Source of the DNA: Planctomycetota bacterium
GTDB taxonomy: Bacteria > Planctomycetota > B15-G4 > SIAN01
Direction: 5' to 3'
Length of the DNA: 64,000 bases
Assembly: GCA_028289345.1 (NCBI GenBank)
Contig: JANQQL010000047.1
Location: 57,454 to 121,453, forward strand
Position 1 is the first letter of the stretch; each line of letters opens with the position of its first letter. This document shows positions 48,233 to 58,102 of the stretch, piece by piece. The notes beneath the pieces were generated by a model. It did no database searches. It was not told where the DNA came from and saw nothing but the letters and a program-made list of their open reading frames with translations. The position numbers were made by a program, and so were the translations under genes.

Positions 48233-48967
48233 TCATTCCGCGGGAGACGTAAGATACACAGGCTGCCCCACCGCCAAGCGACCGCACCGAATCACGGTGC
48301 CGTAGATTCCAGCCTTGTTGCTCCGTTCTCGAACCACGGTTTTGTGAACTTCCGGCGTGGGACGCGCGGACTCGGGATCCAGGTTGACCATCGAACAACG
48401 CTGATCCCAGTTTGTGATGGCAATTGCCGCCGCGGACGGGTCTTCTCCGAACGTCAGTGTCCCTCCGACCCACGAGTCTTCCTGGAAGGGGGACGATTCT
48501 TTCGTTGAGATCAAGAGGTTCGGCCGAAATCGGCGAACATCCGCGCGATGCGAGCCAAGGTTCGCGATCTCCTGCACGGTTGCAGAAGTGATTGCGGACA
48601 CGCTCGCTTCATCGAAAATGCCACGGATGAGGTGCGTCATCTCGACCGTCGATCCATGGCTGCTGCCCACTTTGGCGGCGAGTTCCTCACCGAACAGTTC
48701 CAGTTCCTCTCCATCGGGCATCCGCACGTGGGACGGAAGGTTTCCGGCTTCGGCAGCTCGCCGAACCGGTGCGCACAGAATCAGCTCGGGAAGCTTGGAT
48801 GCGGTCAACCAGGGGAAGCCTCCACGGTCATGGGTTCGACGAAACGCCAAGCGGCGATCGCCCTCGACACCATGCCAACCCAGCACTGCTTCCTCGAGCG
48901 ATTCCCCGGCCATGGACTTCACTGGATAGCGAAAGAGCGCTTCCACTTCCCCGACGTGAGTGTTCAT
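48233..48967 (-). CDS. MOSC-domain protein (MOSC N-terminal beta-barrel plus MOSC)
   Basis: FRYPVKSMAGESLEE ... conserved Cys near the C-terminus (RCSMVNLDP). Confidence 0.8.
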   Translation of the reverse strand: MNTHVGEVEALFRYPVKSMAGESLEEAVLGWHGVEGDRRLAFRRTHDRGGFPWLTASKLPELILCAPVRRAAEAGNLPSHVRMPDGEELELFGEELAAKVGSSHGSTVEMTHLIRGIFDEASVSAITSATVQEIANLGSHRADVRRFRPNLLISTKESSPFQEDSWVGGTLTFGEDPSAAAIAITNWDQRCSMVNLDPESARPTPEVHKTVVRERSNKAGIYGTVIRCGRLAVGQPVYLTSPAE

Positions 48968-48982
48968 TCTTCCCTACCCGAT

Positions 48983-50500
48983 TCACCCGCCTCGGCGGGC
49001 CAAGAGTGCGACGGCACCGGGCTCTTCCATTGTCTCGACGATCGTGCCGGCCCGCTTCAACACGCCGGAAACCTTCGGCAGAGGATCCTGCCATTGAGGA
49101 TGCTGGTAGATCACGACCCAATACAGGCTGCCCTCCTCGAGTTCCTGAATGTCCTGGAAGAGGAGCTTCAAGTCGGCCGCCCCGGTGGATGCGAAGATCT
49201 CGGGCTCTGGGTCGATGGGTTTCCCTTCCGCGTAGTAGCGGTAGGCGACACGGCCGAACTCTTCGACGTAGATGGGTTGGAGTGATTGTTCGTGAGCCGC
49301 GATCTGATTGAGAAGCGGACGCATCTCCTGAAAGCGAGGAGAATGCACCAGGTGATGGGCGGCTCGGCCAATGGGCCATGCCATCAGAGCAACGAATCCA
49401 GCCATCGCCATCCACTCGGCGCCGCGGACGCGGAGCGAGAAAAAGATCCCGAGGCCGTGGGCAATGATCAAGATCCAGGCAGGAACCAGGAACAACACCA
49501 GCCTTCCCCAGAATACCGGCTCCCAGCGATCGGGAATGTTCGTCGGAAACGGGTACAGATGGAACGTCGCGGCCAAAAGACCCAAGCAAGTGGGGACCAC
49601 CAAGATCGCTCCCAGCCAAGGCCGCCGGCGGAACATCCGAAGAACGCCAACCAGGAAAACCAAGCCCGGAAGGGACGAGAAGGCGAAGCCCCCGGGGTCC
49701 TGGAACATGCCGCGCACGGTCCTCCCCCACCAGTCGAGAGCCTTTTCCTGGGAGGGGAACGCCTCCCCCCAGAACGTCATCAAGTACTCGTCATTCTGCA
49801 GCTGGGAGAGAACCAGACCGTACTCGATGGCAAAGCTCGCCAGCCAGAGCAACGAGACTCCCGCCCATCGCGCGGCGGCAGATCGATCGCGTTCCACCAA
49901 GGCTCGAAGGAAACACACTCCTCCCACGGCGGCCGCGACAAAAGTCAAGGTCGCCGAGAACCACACACCCACGGCCCCGGCCACTGCCAAGGCCTTCCAG
50001 CGTGGCCCCAGCGGATGCCAGGCAAGCCCGACCAACAGCACCCCAAGCCCCACGTCCAGCACATAGGGCTTCAGCTCGGCGGAGTAGTAAACGAGAGGTT
50101 CCAACACGACGAACATGGCAAAGGCGATCAACGCCTCCCGGTTCCCCAATAGATTTCGCGCAACCCGCGCGAACACAACGAGCCCCGCCACCGACACCAG
50201 CCAGGGGAAGAAGCGCAGGACCCACTCCTCGTCTCCCAGAACCTCATGGCAAAGCTTGACGACCCAAAGGAATCCGACGGGTGCGACTTGATGAAAGTCG
50301 AGGGGCTCGAGAAGTTCCCCCCAGCCACGAGTGCGTAGATTCAGGGCAATGGCAAGCTCGTCGGCCCAGAAGGATCGATTCGCGATCAAACGCGCCAGGC
50401 GAAGGACGACCCCCAAGAGCAACAAGACCGCGAACGCCCCCTCGAAGCGGCGACTGCTTCGGTTCTTTCCCTGGTTCGCCTGGCTCAAGGAGTCAACCAA
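48983..50500 (-). CDS. glycosyltransferase family 39 (ArnT/PMT_2-like) integral membrane protein
   Basis: An N-terminal loop with WADE after TM1 and about 11 TM helices, typical of the GT39 topology. Confidence 0.8.
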   Translation of the reverse strand: MVDSLSQANQGKNRSSRRFEGAFAVLLLLGVVLRLARLIANRSFWADELAIALNLRTRGWGELLEPLDFHQVAPVGFLWVVKLCHEVLGDEEWVLRFFPWLVSVAGLVVFARVARNLLGNREALIAFAMFVVLEPLVYYSAELKPYVLDVGLGVLLVGLAWHPLGPRWKALAVAGAVGVWFSATLTFVAAAVGGVCFLRALVERDRSAAARWAGVSLLWLASFAIEYGLVLSQLQNDEYLMTFWGEAFPSQEKALDWWGRTVRGMFQDPGGFAFSSLPGLVFLVGVLRMFRRRPWLGAILVVPTCLGLLAATFHLYPFPTNIPDRWEPVFWGRLVLFLVPAWILIIAHGLGIFFSLRVRGAEWMAMAGFVALMAWPIGRAAHHLVHSPRFQEMRPLLNQIAAHEQSLQPIYVEEFGRVAYRYYAEGKPIDPEPEIFASTGAADLKLLFQDIQELEEGSLYWVVIYQHPQWQDPLPKVSGVLKRAGTIVETMEEPGAVALLARRGG

Positions 50501-51515
50501 CCTCGGGTGCGCTCCCCTCGATCCGAGCCCGGGACACGAGCTCGTGAAATCGCGAAACGTCGATGTTTGCTCCGCAAACGATCAGTGCCACACGCTTGCC
50601 CCTGAGCTCGTCGCGAAGCGGACCGAACAGAGCGGCAGTGGCGGCCGCTCCGGCGGGCTCCACCGCCAGCTTTGCGTCCTGGAACAACCAAGCCATCGCA
50701 TCGACGATTTGCGCATCGCTCACTTTGCACAAGCCATCGACGAATCGTCGGCATAGCCCGAAGGTGTAGGCCGCGGCGTGAGGCGCGCCCAGACTGTCGG
50801 CAATGGTTTGAATCTGGTCCAACTTGACCGGCGCGTTGGCTTCGAAACTGCGGTGCATGCTGTCGGCACCCTCCGGCTCCACGCCGAAGACCTGAGTGTG
50901 CGGCGAGACCTGCTTGACGGCCGCCGCAACTCCTGAACAAAGACCTCCTCCCCCGATTGGCACCACGACCGCATCCAAGTCCTCGACCTGCTGGCACAAC
51001 TCGAGTCCCAACGTGGCGGTTCCCAGTGCCGTTTCCCATCCGTCGAAAGGGTGTACGAACACTCGCCCTTCCTTCGCTTGGATTTCGTCCGCGATTCCAA
51101 ACAGCTCGTGCACGTCGTTCGCCAGAATCAGCTCTGCGCCGTCCTGACGGCAAGCTTCGATTCGCACCGGACTGGCGGTGCGAGGCATGACCAGCTTTGC
51201 GTGAACACCAAGCGCTCGAGAAGCATGAGCCGTCGCCATGGCGTGGTTCCCGGCGCTCACCGTGACGACCCCCTGCTCCTTTGCATCCTGCAAACGCGCC
51301 ATGATGTTCCGCAGCGCTCCCCGCACTTTGAAACTCCCGGCGTGTTGAAACAGCTCGAGCTTGAGAAAAAGCGATGTCGCCGCCCCGAGCTTGCGATCCA
51401 CGAAGGAACTCTGCCACCTCCAACTGGGAGTCACCTTGATCCGGTTGCCAAGAGACTCCCGCGCTTGTCGAATCTGATCGAGAGTCGGTGCCTGAAGAGA
51501 GTCCGCCGAATCGCT
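50493..51515 (-). CDS. PLP-dependent threonine/serine dehydratase-like enzyme (fold type II)
   Basis: PLP-lysine motif (ELFQHAGSFKVRGA). Gly-rich loop GGGGL. ATG at 51513-51515. An 8-nt overlap with the upstream GT39 gene suggests co-transcription. Confidence 0.85.
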   Translation of the reverse strand, partial: SDSADSLQAPTLDQIRQARESLGNRIKVTPSWRWQSSFVDRKLGAATSLFLKLELFQHAGSFKVRGALRNIMARLQDAKEQGVVTVSAGNHAMATAHASRALGVHAKLVMPRTASPVRIEACRQDGAELILANDVHELFGIADEIQAKEGRVFVHPFDGWETALGTATLGLELCQQVEDLDAVVVPIGGGGLCSGVAAAVKQVSPHTQVFGVEPEGADSMHRSFEANAPVKLDQIQTIADSLGAPHAAAYTFGLCRRFVDGLCKVSDAQIVDAMAWLFQDAKLAVEPAGAAATAALFGPLRDELRGKRVALIVCGANIDVSRFHELVSRARIEGSAPEVG

Positions 51516-51776
51516 CATGAGTTCCTGTTCCGAGTCATCAGTCCCGCCGCACTCGATTCGACCTCGCCCACTCCTCCCTGCTTCGATGGAGCGGGCCGTC
51601 CTCAAGGACTCCAAAGGTCGATTGCCGTGTGATCAAGGCAGGGAGCCGGGCGGATGTTACTTTCCTTCCGCACGAAGCAACGAGGGAGCGCTTGAAAATC
51701 GGCGAAGCCCCATCGATCGGGGTGAGTCAATCGCGAAAACTGCGCCCGGCCGACCAATTCTCCGTATCATTCGGCG

Positions 51777-52376
51777 ATGAGCCAGCGTCGCCCCATCCTC
51801 CTGTTCGATGTCATGGGCACCGTCGTCTATGACCCATTCTTCAAGGAAGTCCCCGAGTTCTTCGGTATGTCCTTCGAAGAGCTCATCGCGGCCAAGCACC
51901 CCCGGTCCTGGTTGGAATTCGAACGTGGCAAGCTCACCGAGGACGAGTTTTTGCCAATGTTCTTCAAAGACGGCCGGGACTATGACCGATCGGGACTCAA
52001 GAAATTCTGGACCGATGCCTACGCGTACCTCGACGGAATGGAAGCCGTGCTCCAGGACCTGGCGGACGCCGGCTACGACCTTCACTTGTTCAGCAATTAC
52101 ACGAACTGGTATCGACACATCGAAGAGCATCTCGAGCTGAGTCGCTATGCCTCGTGGACCGCCGTGTCCTGCAATATGGGACACCGCAAACCAGAGCGGG
52201 CCTCGTACCAGTGGGTCGCCCATCACCTGGGTGTTTCCATTCAAGACTGCCTGTTCGTCGACGATCGCAAGAAGAACATTTCCGGGGCCGAGAACGCGGG
52301 GATGCAAGGAATCCTGTTTCAAAGCGCGGAACAGTTACGCGGCGAACTGAAAACCCGGCAAATCCTCTCGAGGTGA
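51777..52376 (+). CDS. HAD-family hydrolase
   Basis: Motif I (LLFDVMGTVV), motif II (LFSN) and motif III/IV (K...FVDD). Confidence 0.8.
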   Translation: MSQRRPILLFDVMGTVVYDPFFKEVPEFFGMSFEELIAAKHPRSWLEFERGKLTEDEFLPMFFKDGRDYDRSGLKKFWTDAYAYLDGMEAVLQDLADAGYDLHLFSNYTNWYRHIEEHLELSRYASWTAVSCNMGHRKPERASYQWVAHHLGVSIQDCLFVDDRKKNISGAENAGMQGILFQSAEQLRGELKTRQILSR

Positions 52377-52480
52377 AAGCTGGGAGCCACCCCAACCCAC
52401 GGCTCGGCACCGTCGATCAACAACCGCTTGGTGAACCGAGCCCTTGACGACCAACTTGCACGGAGAGACCATCGGTCGTC

Positions 52481-53356
52481 ATGCCCGAACTCCCCGATGT
52501 CACGCTCTATCTGACGGCACTCCAACGACGCATCGTTGGGGCAACGCTCGAACACGTCCGGCTGAAGAGCCCGTTCCTCTTGCGCTCGATCGAGCCACCC
52601 ATCTCCGAACTCGAAGGCAAGGAAGTGATCGGTCTGCGAAGACTCGGGAAGCGCATTGTGCTCGAGTTTGGCGAACAGCGGTTCCTGGTCTTTCACTTGA
52701 TGATTGCCGGTCGTTTCCAGTGGCGAGAGGCGGGAGCGAAGATCCCGGGCAAGCTGGGATTGGCGGCGTTCGACTTTTCCTCTGGCTGCTTGCTCTTCAC
52801 CGAAGCGGGAACCAAGAAGCGCGCGTCGCTCTATGTCGTCCAGGGGGAAGAGAAACTGCAAGAGCATCAGCCGGGAGGAGTCGAACCACTGGAAGTGGAC
52901 CTGTCCGGTTTCACGGCTGCACTGCTCAAAGAGAATCGCACACTAAAACGAGCCCTCACCGATCCCCGCGCGTTCAGTGGAATCGGCAATGCCTACTCCG
53001 ACGAGATCTTTCACCGCGCGGGCATGTCTCCCGTGCAGCGCACCAAGAACTTGAAGCCCGACGCGATTGAGAGACTCTTCCATGCCACTCGCGAGGTCCT
53101 TCAAGAGTGGATCGATCGGCTTCAAGAGGAAACCGGCGACGACTTCCCCACCAAAGTCACCGCGTTCCGAAAGGGAATGGCCGTGCATGGCAGGCACGGC
53201 AAACCCTGCCCGGTGTGCAAGAAACCCGTCCAGCGCATCGTCTACGCCGAACGGGAAACCAACTACTGCGCGATTTGCCAAACCAACGGCAAGCTCCTGG
53301 CCGACCGGGCGCTCTCCCTCCTTCTCAAAGAAGACTGGCCCAAGACTCTCGAGTGA
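52481..53356 (+). CDS. Fpg/Nei-family DNA glycosylase (formamidopyrimidine-DNA glycosylase / endonuclease VIII-like)
   Basis: N-terminal MPELPDV with the catalytic Pro2. H2TH region. C-terminal CxxC...CxxC zinc finger. Confidence 0.85.
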   Translation: MPELPDVTLYLTALQRRIVGATLEHVRLKSPFLLRSIEPPISELEGKEVIGLRRLGKRIVLEFGEQRFLVFHLMIAGRFQWREAGAKIPGKLGLAAFDFSSGCLLFTEAGTKKRASLYVVQGEEKLQEHQPGGVEPLEVDLSGFTAALLKENRTLKRALTDPRAFSGIGNAYSDEIFHRAGMSPVQRTKNLKPDAIERLFHATREVLQEWIDRLQEETGDDFPTKVTAFRKGMAVHGRHGKPCPVCKKPVQRIVYAERETNYCAICQTNGKLLADRALSLLLKEDWPKTLE

Positions 53357-53469
53357 ATCGGCCCCGGGGCACCCGCTTCCGTTCGTGCTGAATCCCGGTG
53401 ATGACCGCCGGAAAGTTGGGCGCGGCCTCTGCGGCTTTCCACAAAGCGATCAGGCCTCCACCACGGAAC

Positions 53470-54249
53470 TCACGTCCAGCGATCCAGAAGCAACTGAAGG
53501 GCGTGGCGCTGGCGACGGCTGCCGTGGAGTCGGGTGCCGTCGTGAAGCAGGACGGCGAAGTCTCCTTTGGCGGTCGGTTCGATCTCTCGAATCTGCTCGC
53601 TATTGACGATGAGGGACCGGTGGATTCGAAGGAACTGATGGGGATCGAGTCGTTTCTCGAGGTGGGTCAGGGCTTGGCGGTAGAGGACGGTGGATTCTGC
53701 GGTATGGAGCTGCACGTAGTTGCCCGCGGCTTCAATCCAGCGAATGTCCGGAACCGGCACCAGGACGATTCGGCCAGCCCCTTTGACCACGAGCCGCTCC
53801 GTGGGTCCGCGACGTTCGCGAACCTCGGCGAGCACTGATTCCGGCCCCCCATGCCTCTCGGGCCCTTGCTGCCTGCGGTCGAGAACCTTGCCAAGAGCCT
53901 GATCGAACAGCTTCTCGTCCACGGGCTTCAGCAAGTAGTCGACGGCGTTGGCCTGAAAGGCGCGGACGGCGTATTGGTCGTAAGCGGTGACGAAGATGAC
54001 CGAGGGAAGGTCCGCCGGGTCCAGATTGTCGAGAAGCTCGAAACCATCCATGCCCGGCATCTGAATGTCCAAGAACATCAGGTCCGGTTGCCACTCCGAC
54101 AAACCGGCGATCACTTCTTCGCCGCTGGAACACTCGGCCACCACCTGACATTCGGGGCGGTTCTCCAGAAGCTGGCCGAGTGCGCGCCGGGCCAGGACCT
54201 CGTCATCCACCACCAAGACGCGGAGGGGCGCCGACCGATGCTCGCTCAT
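53470..54249 (-). CDS. two-component response regulator, LytTR family
   Basis: REC domain (LRVLVVDDE ... phospho-acceptor Asp in LMFLDIQMPGMDG) and a C-terminal LytTR DNA-binding domain. ATG at 54247-54249. Confidence 0.85.
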   Translation of the reverse strand: MSEHRSAPLRVLVVDDEVLARRALGQLLENRPECQVVAECSSGEEVIAGLSEWQPDLMFLDIQMPGMDGFELLDNLDPADLPSVIFVTAYDQYAVRAFQANAVDYLLKPVDEKLFDQALGKVLDRRQQGPERHGGPESVLAEVRERRGPTERLVVKGAGRIVLVPVPDIRWIEAAGNYVQLHTAESTVLYRQALTHLEKRLDPHQFLRIHRSLIVNSEQIREIEPTAKGDFAVLLHDGTRLHGSRRQRHALQLLLDRWT

Positions 54250-55343
54250 CCGGCGATCTCCCGGGGAATCTCGATCTGCACCGTCGTCCCCCGAGGGAGC
54301 CGAGGAGCCACGGAGAGAACGGCATCTTCCCCGTACAAGCTCTTCAAACGAGAGCGGGTGTTGCGAAGTCCCACTCCTTCCTTCCATCCGCCGACAAGCC
54401 CCGTGCCATCGTCACTCATGGTCAGTCGTAGCTTCTCGTCCGAAGCCTCGGCCCTCAGAGTCAAACGAACGGGCTCCTCACGCGTGGGGAGCCCATGACG
54501 CACCACGTTCTCGGCCAGGGGCTGCAAGAGCATCACCGGAACGTCCAAGTTCTGCACATCCGAGGGCACGTCCACCGAACAACTCAGCTGGGGGTAGCGA
54601 ATCTTCATCAGGTCCCAGTAGGTTTGAAAACCATCGATCTCTTCTTCGAGGGTTCGTTCTTCCTGGTCCATAGAATCCAGAGTGTCGCGCAGCAACGCGC
54701 TCAACCCCTGAATCATCGCGCGCGCCCCGTCTGGATTGTCCTTGACCAATACGGAGATACTGTTGAGGGTGTTGAACAAGAAGTGTGGCTGAAGCTGCAT
54801 CCGCAGCGCCTGCACTCCGGCGACGGCCATCTCTTCTCGCAACTGGCTGAACTGGAGTCGCCGCTGGTCCATCTCCCGCCGGGTGTCGTGCAGGCGTGAC
54901 GCCATGAGCACGACGCCATAGGCGATCAGCTCCATGAACGGGTGTAGGCTCCAGAGCAATTGTTCCCAGCGGACCGCCAGAGAAAAGTCGTAGAGGATCG
55001 GAAACCACGTTCGGAACGCAGCCAGCCAGAAGAGGTGGGCCGCCCCCAGAATCGCTGCCGCAACCAGGTGCCCGGTCCCGCGGGCGAGTCGGGACCGCGA
55101 CCGCAAACGCCGCCCCAGAGCAATCACCACGGGAGTCCCCAGAATCCAGGGCCACCACGTGGGAAGAGTTCGAACCGCCAGTGAAAGTGACGACACCTCC
55201 GCCTCGGTCCGCAGTTCGAGATAGAGATTCTCTTGCACTGCGGACAGACCACCGGGCACCGTCCAGATCACGAGAAGCAAGAACCACCAAGAGATCCGGG
55301 ACGAGGGGGAATCGGAAACAGCCTCGGGCTCAGTCAACGCCAA
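54246..55343 (-). CDS. sensor histidine kinase (LytS/YehU-type His_kinase plus HATPase)
   Basis: About four TM helices, then the H-box region (QLQPHFLFNTLNSI) and an ATPase domain. ATGA overlap with the response regulator. Confidence 0.8.
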   Translation of the reverse strand: MALTEPEAVSDSPSSRISWWFLLLVIWTVPGGLSAVQENLYLELRTEAEVSSLSLAVRTLPTWWPWILGTPVVIALGRRLRSRSRLARGTGHLVAAAILGAAHLFWLAAFRTWFPILYDFSLAVRWEQLLWSLHPFMELIAYGVVLMASRLHDTRREMDQRRLQFSQLREEMAVAGVQALRMQLQPHFLFNTLNSISVLVKDNPDGARAMIQGLSALLRDTLDSMDQEERTLEEEIDGFQTYWDLMKIRYPQLSCSVDVPSDVQNLDVPVMLLQPLAENVVRHGLPTREEPVRLTLRAEASDEKLRLTMSDDGTGLVGGWKEGVGLRNTRSRLKSLYGEDAVLSVAPRLPRGTTVQIEIPREIAG

Positions 55344-55592
55344 CCTCTGACAGCGATTTTCGGACGAGTCATGTTATCGAGTTCCCGGTCCCACTCGTCC
55401 CACCAGAAGCCCCGCTCAACCCATCCGGTTCCTCGACAACCCCGTGGGACTGCCGGCATTCGCCCGCCTTCGTACCTTGTTCTCCAAGCGCAGATCATTC
55501 CTGAAGGCCTCCGACGAACGGCCCAAGTTGCTTCAGGCTTCGTCATGGATGATCGTCGCGACACGACTCACGAAAAGCACCCGGAGACAAGA

Positions 55593-56480
55593 ATGATCGC
55601 TAGCGGACTTTCTCTTGCTTGCAGCCTCGCCGTTCTGGGCGGACTCGAAGACGCCGACTTTCGCACCGAGTACTTAGTGATGACCGGACAATGGAGCGAG
55701 GCGACGAAGGTTCTCGAAGCCGAAGTGATCGACCACCCCGAAGACACTCTCCTCTGGTATCAGCTCTCCCAAGTCAGAGCTTCCCAAGGGGATTCCGAAG
55801 GAGCTTTCGAGGCGCTCGACATGGCGGAAGGCAATCCCGCGATCGACCCGTCCATTCAGTACACCCGTGCAGGATTGCATGCGGCCGCGGGACAAGTGGA
55901 AGAGGCACTGGAGGCGCTGAACCTCGCCTTGGAGCTTGGCTTTCACGCAAAGTGGTTCTTTCCCAATGACCCGCGCTTCCAATCCCTACAGCAGAATTCG
56001 GAGTTTCAACGAATCCTCGCCCGGATGGACCCGCTGGCGACCGTGACCTCCGAGGACCCCATCAACCTGGCCACTTTGCGTCCCGAGCGTCAGATGGACT
56101 TCCTAGTCGGAGACTGGTACCGCATGAGCGCCGGTGCATTCCTCGGCCGCTCCTCGAATGTGGCGCTGCTGCAAGGCGCGGTCATCCAGAAGCGGGACGC
56201 CACCTCGACAAGCTTTCATGTGTTCGACCCGACTCTGCAGCGCTTCAAGCAAACCTGGTGCAGTGGTGCGGGCCACCACGACACCTTGGAAGGATCCCTC
56301 GAAGACGGCAAGCTGGTGCTCATCCAAGACGTCTTGCGTGGGCAACCCGGCGCCATTGGTCGGTCCACATTCTTCAACATCGCCAAGGACAGCTACGACT
56401 ACGAGTGGCACACCTCTGGCGACCAGGGGGCCACCTGGACTCTCGGGGCAAAGTATCGCTTCGTCCGAATCGAGAAATGA
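55593..56480 (+). CDS. secreted TPR-like / hypothetical protein
   Basis: A ggag RBS precedes ATG 55593. Signal peptide MIASGLSLACSLAVLG. An N-terminal TPR-like helical region is followed by an uncharacterised beta-rich domain. Confidence 0.55.
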   Translation: MIASGLSLACSLAVLGGLEDADFRTEYLVMTGQWSEATKVLEAEVIDHPEDTLLWYQLSQVRASQGDSEGAFEALDMAEGNPAIDPSIQYTRAGLHAAAGQVEEALEALNLALELGFHAKWFFPNDPRFQSLQQNSEFQRILARMDPLATVTSEDPINLATLRPERQMDFLVGDWYRMSAGAFLGRSSNVALLQGAVIQKRDATSTSFHVFDPTLQRFKQTWCSGAGHHDTLEGSLEDGKLVLIQDVLRGQPGAIGRSTFFNIAKDSYDYEWHTSGDQGATWTLGAKYRFVRIEK

Positions 56481-56504
56481 TGGCACGGGGCGGCGGTGAC
56501 GTCT

Positions 56505-57989
56505 TCAGGGACGGTGTTTGGCTCGGGCGCTGAGGGCTTTGCTTCGACGAACTCGTTTGGAGTGTTGGGCCACCTCCTCGGAGTTGCCTTCCAGGCGGGC
56601 GAGGTCGGCGAGAGGCGCGAAGACGTCGGCGCAGTCCGCGCAGAGGTGGTCGGGACCGAGGCTCTCGGCGACCGACTCGAGGCCTCGGGTGATCTGGCGA
56701 ATTCGCTTGTTGGGCCCGCCGCCAGGAAACTCGAAAAGGTGGATGTCACCAAACTGGACCGAGTCCACGGGGAACTTCGGAACGTGCTCGCTGTAGGCAA
56801 CCACGAACGCGCGAGCGCTCGAGTCCTTCATCATCTCGTTGACGAAAGACATCCCCGGCCTGGGTCCGGAGGTTCGCTCTTCACAGGGAAGGTAAGACCT
56901 CACTCGTAGATCTTCGATGAAGGTGTAACCGACGAACCGGTCCCCCTGGGTGCGCTCGTTCAAGTAGTGTTCGGCAGCCAGGTGATAGCGACCTCGCTGG
57001 TCTTCCTGGTACGCCTGGACGTCCTGGAATCCCCACCAGACCACCGCCGCCGCAACCCCCAAAGAAACCACCACCTTTCGGCCTCCACCGGGAAACCACG
57101 CAGCCGCGGTGCCCCACCCGATCGCGCACAGCATCACGATGACCGGCATGACGAAGATGTGAAACCTCGCCATCGCCCACGGATAGTGAGAGTAACCCGC
57201 CAGCGAGGCGCCGAGCACCGGCACCGCGGCCCACAGCAACACCTGGAGTCCGGTCTTCGGTCGAGACTTCGCCACGGCCACCATCCCGACAAGCATCAAG
57301 CCGAAGAACACCCAGGCCGTCCCGGCATCGAGGAAGTAGGTCTGAAACGCCAACGGCAGGTAATCCAAAGACGTCACGCTCTTTTCGGCCCACGTTCCCC
57401 GGAACTCGCGGAGCTCTTCCCGGAGCTGCCAGTAGTAGAGGGCCGCCGCTCCGTTCAAGGCCAAGTAGGGAATCGAGAGCCGCCCGATTCCCGCCAAGTA
57501 TCGACCGCGCTCCTCGCGATCCTTCGCCGTCCATACAAGTTCCAGGCCGAACATCACCCCGATCCAGATGACGACAAACGCTCCGTTCATGTGGGACAGG
57601 AGAGTGATCGCGCTCAATGCGGACAATGCCAGCCCGTTGCCCCAGGTCGGAGCGCGCCGCCAGCGAAGGAAGAGCAGCCACAACCCCAAGGACAGGGCGG
57701 CGAACAGGGCATAGGCCCGAGCCATCACGCTGAACTTGATGAGGTACGGCTGCACCGCAACGAAGGTGGCGGCGATCCATCCGAACCGCCCCATCCCCCA
57801 ACGAGTGGCAAGCACTCCCACCAATACCACCAGAGCCGAACCGGAAAGGATCGACACGGCGCGCATGGCCAAAAAGCCCTCTCCGAAAGCGGCCGCGATC
57901 CCCTTCTCCAGCACCAGGAACCAGTTCATGGTGAGCCATTCCTGGAAGTGGGTCAGCAAGTACTTCACGGGAGAGCAAATCCACAGCAT
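56505..57989 (-). CDS. glycosyltransferase family 39-like (ArnT/PMT_2-type) integral membrane protein with a C-terminal soluble domain
   Basis: Multi-TM. The first plausible start is ATG 57987-57989 (alternatively ATG 57927-57929). The upstream 300 aa of the 800-aa ORF is an artefact overlapping the SLC13 gene. Confidence 0.6.
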   Translation of the reverse strand: MLWICSPVKYLLTHFQEWLTMNWFLVLEKGIAAAFGEGFLAMRAVSILSGSALVVLVGVLATRWGMGRFGWIAATFVAVQPYLIKFSVMARAYALFAALSLGLWLLFLRWRRAPTWGNGLALSALSAITLLSHMNGAFVVIWIGVMFGLELVWTAKDREERGRYLAGIGRLSIPYLALNGAAALYYWQLREELREFRGTWAEKSVTSLDYLPLAFQTYFLDAGTAWVFFGLMLVGMVAVAKSRPKTGLQVLLWAAVPVLGASLAGYSHYPWAMARFHIFVMPVIVMLCAIGWGTAAAWFPGGGRKVVVSLGVAAAVVWWGFQDVQAYQEDQRGRYHLAAEHYLNERTQGDRFVGYTFIEDLRVRSYLPCEERTSGPRPGMSFVNEMMKDSSARAFVVAYSEHVPKFPVDSVQFGDIHLFEFPGGGPNKRIRQITRGLESVAESLGPDHLCADCADVFAPLADLARLEGNSEEVAQHSKRVRRSKALSARAKHRP

Positions 57990-58102
57990 GGTGCCGCATT
58001 CGTCCCCGTAGAAGGTCTTGTCGTGGGCGACGACAACGCGGATCACGAGCGCCAGCACGGCCAGTCCGCCCAGCACTCGCCAAGACGGAGACTCGTCGCG
58101 AC

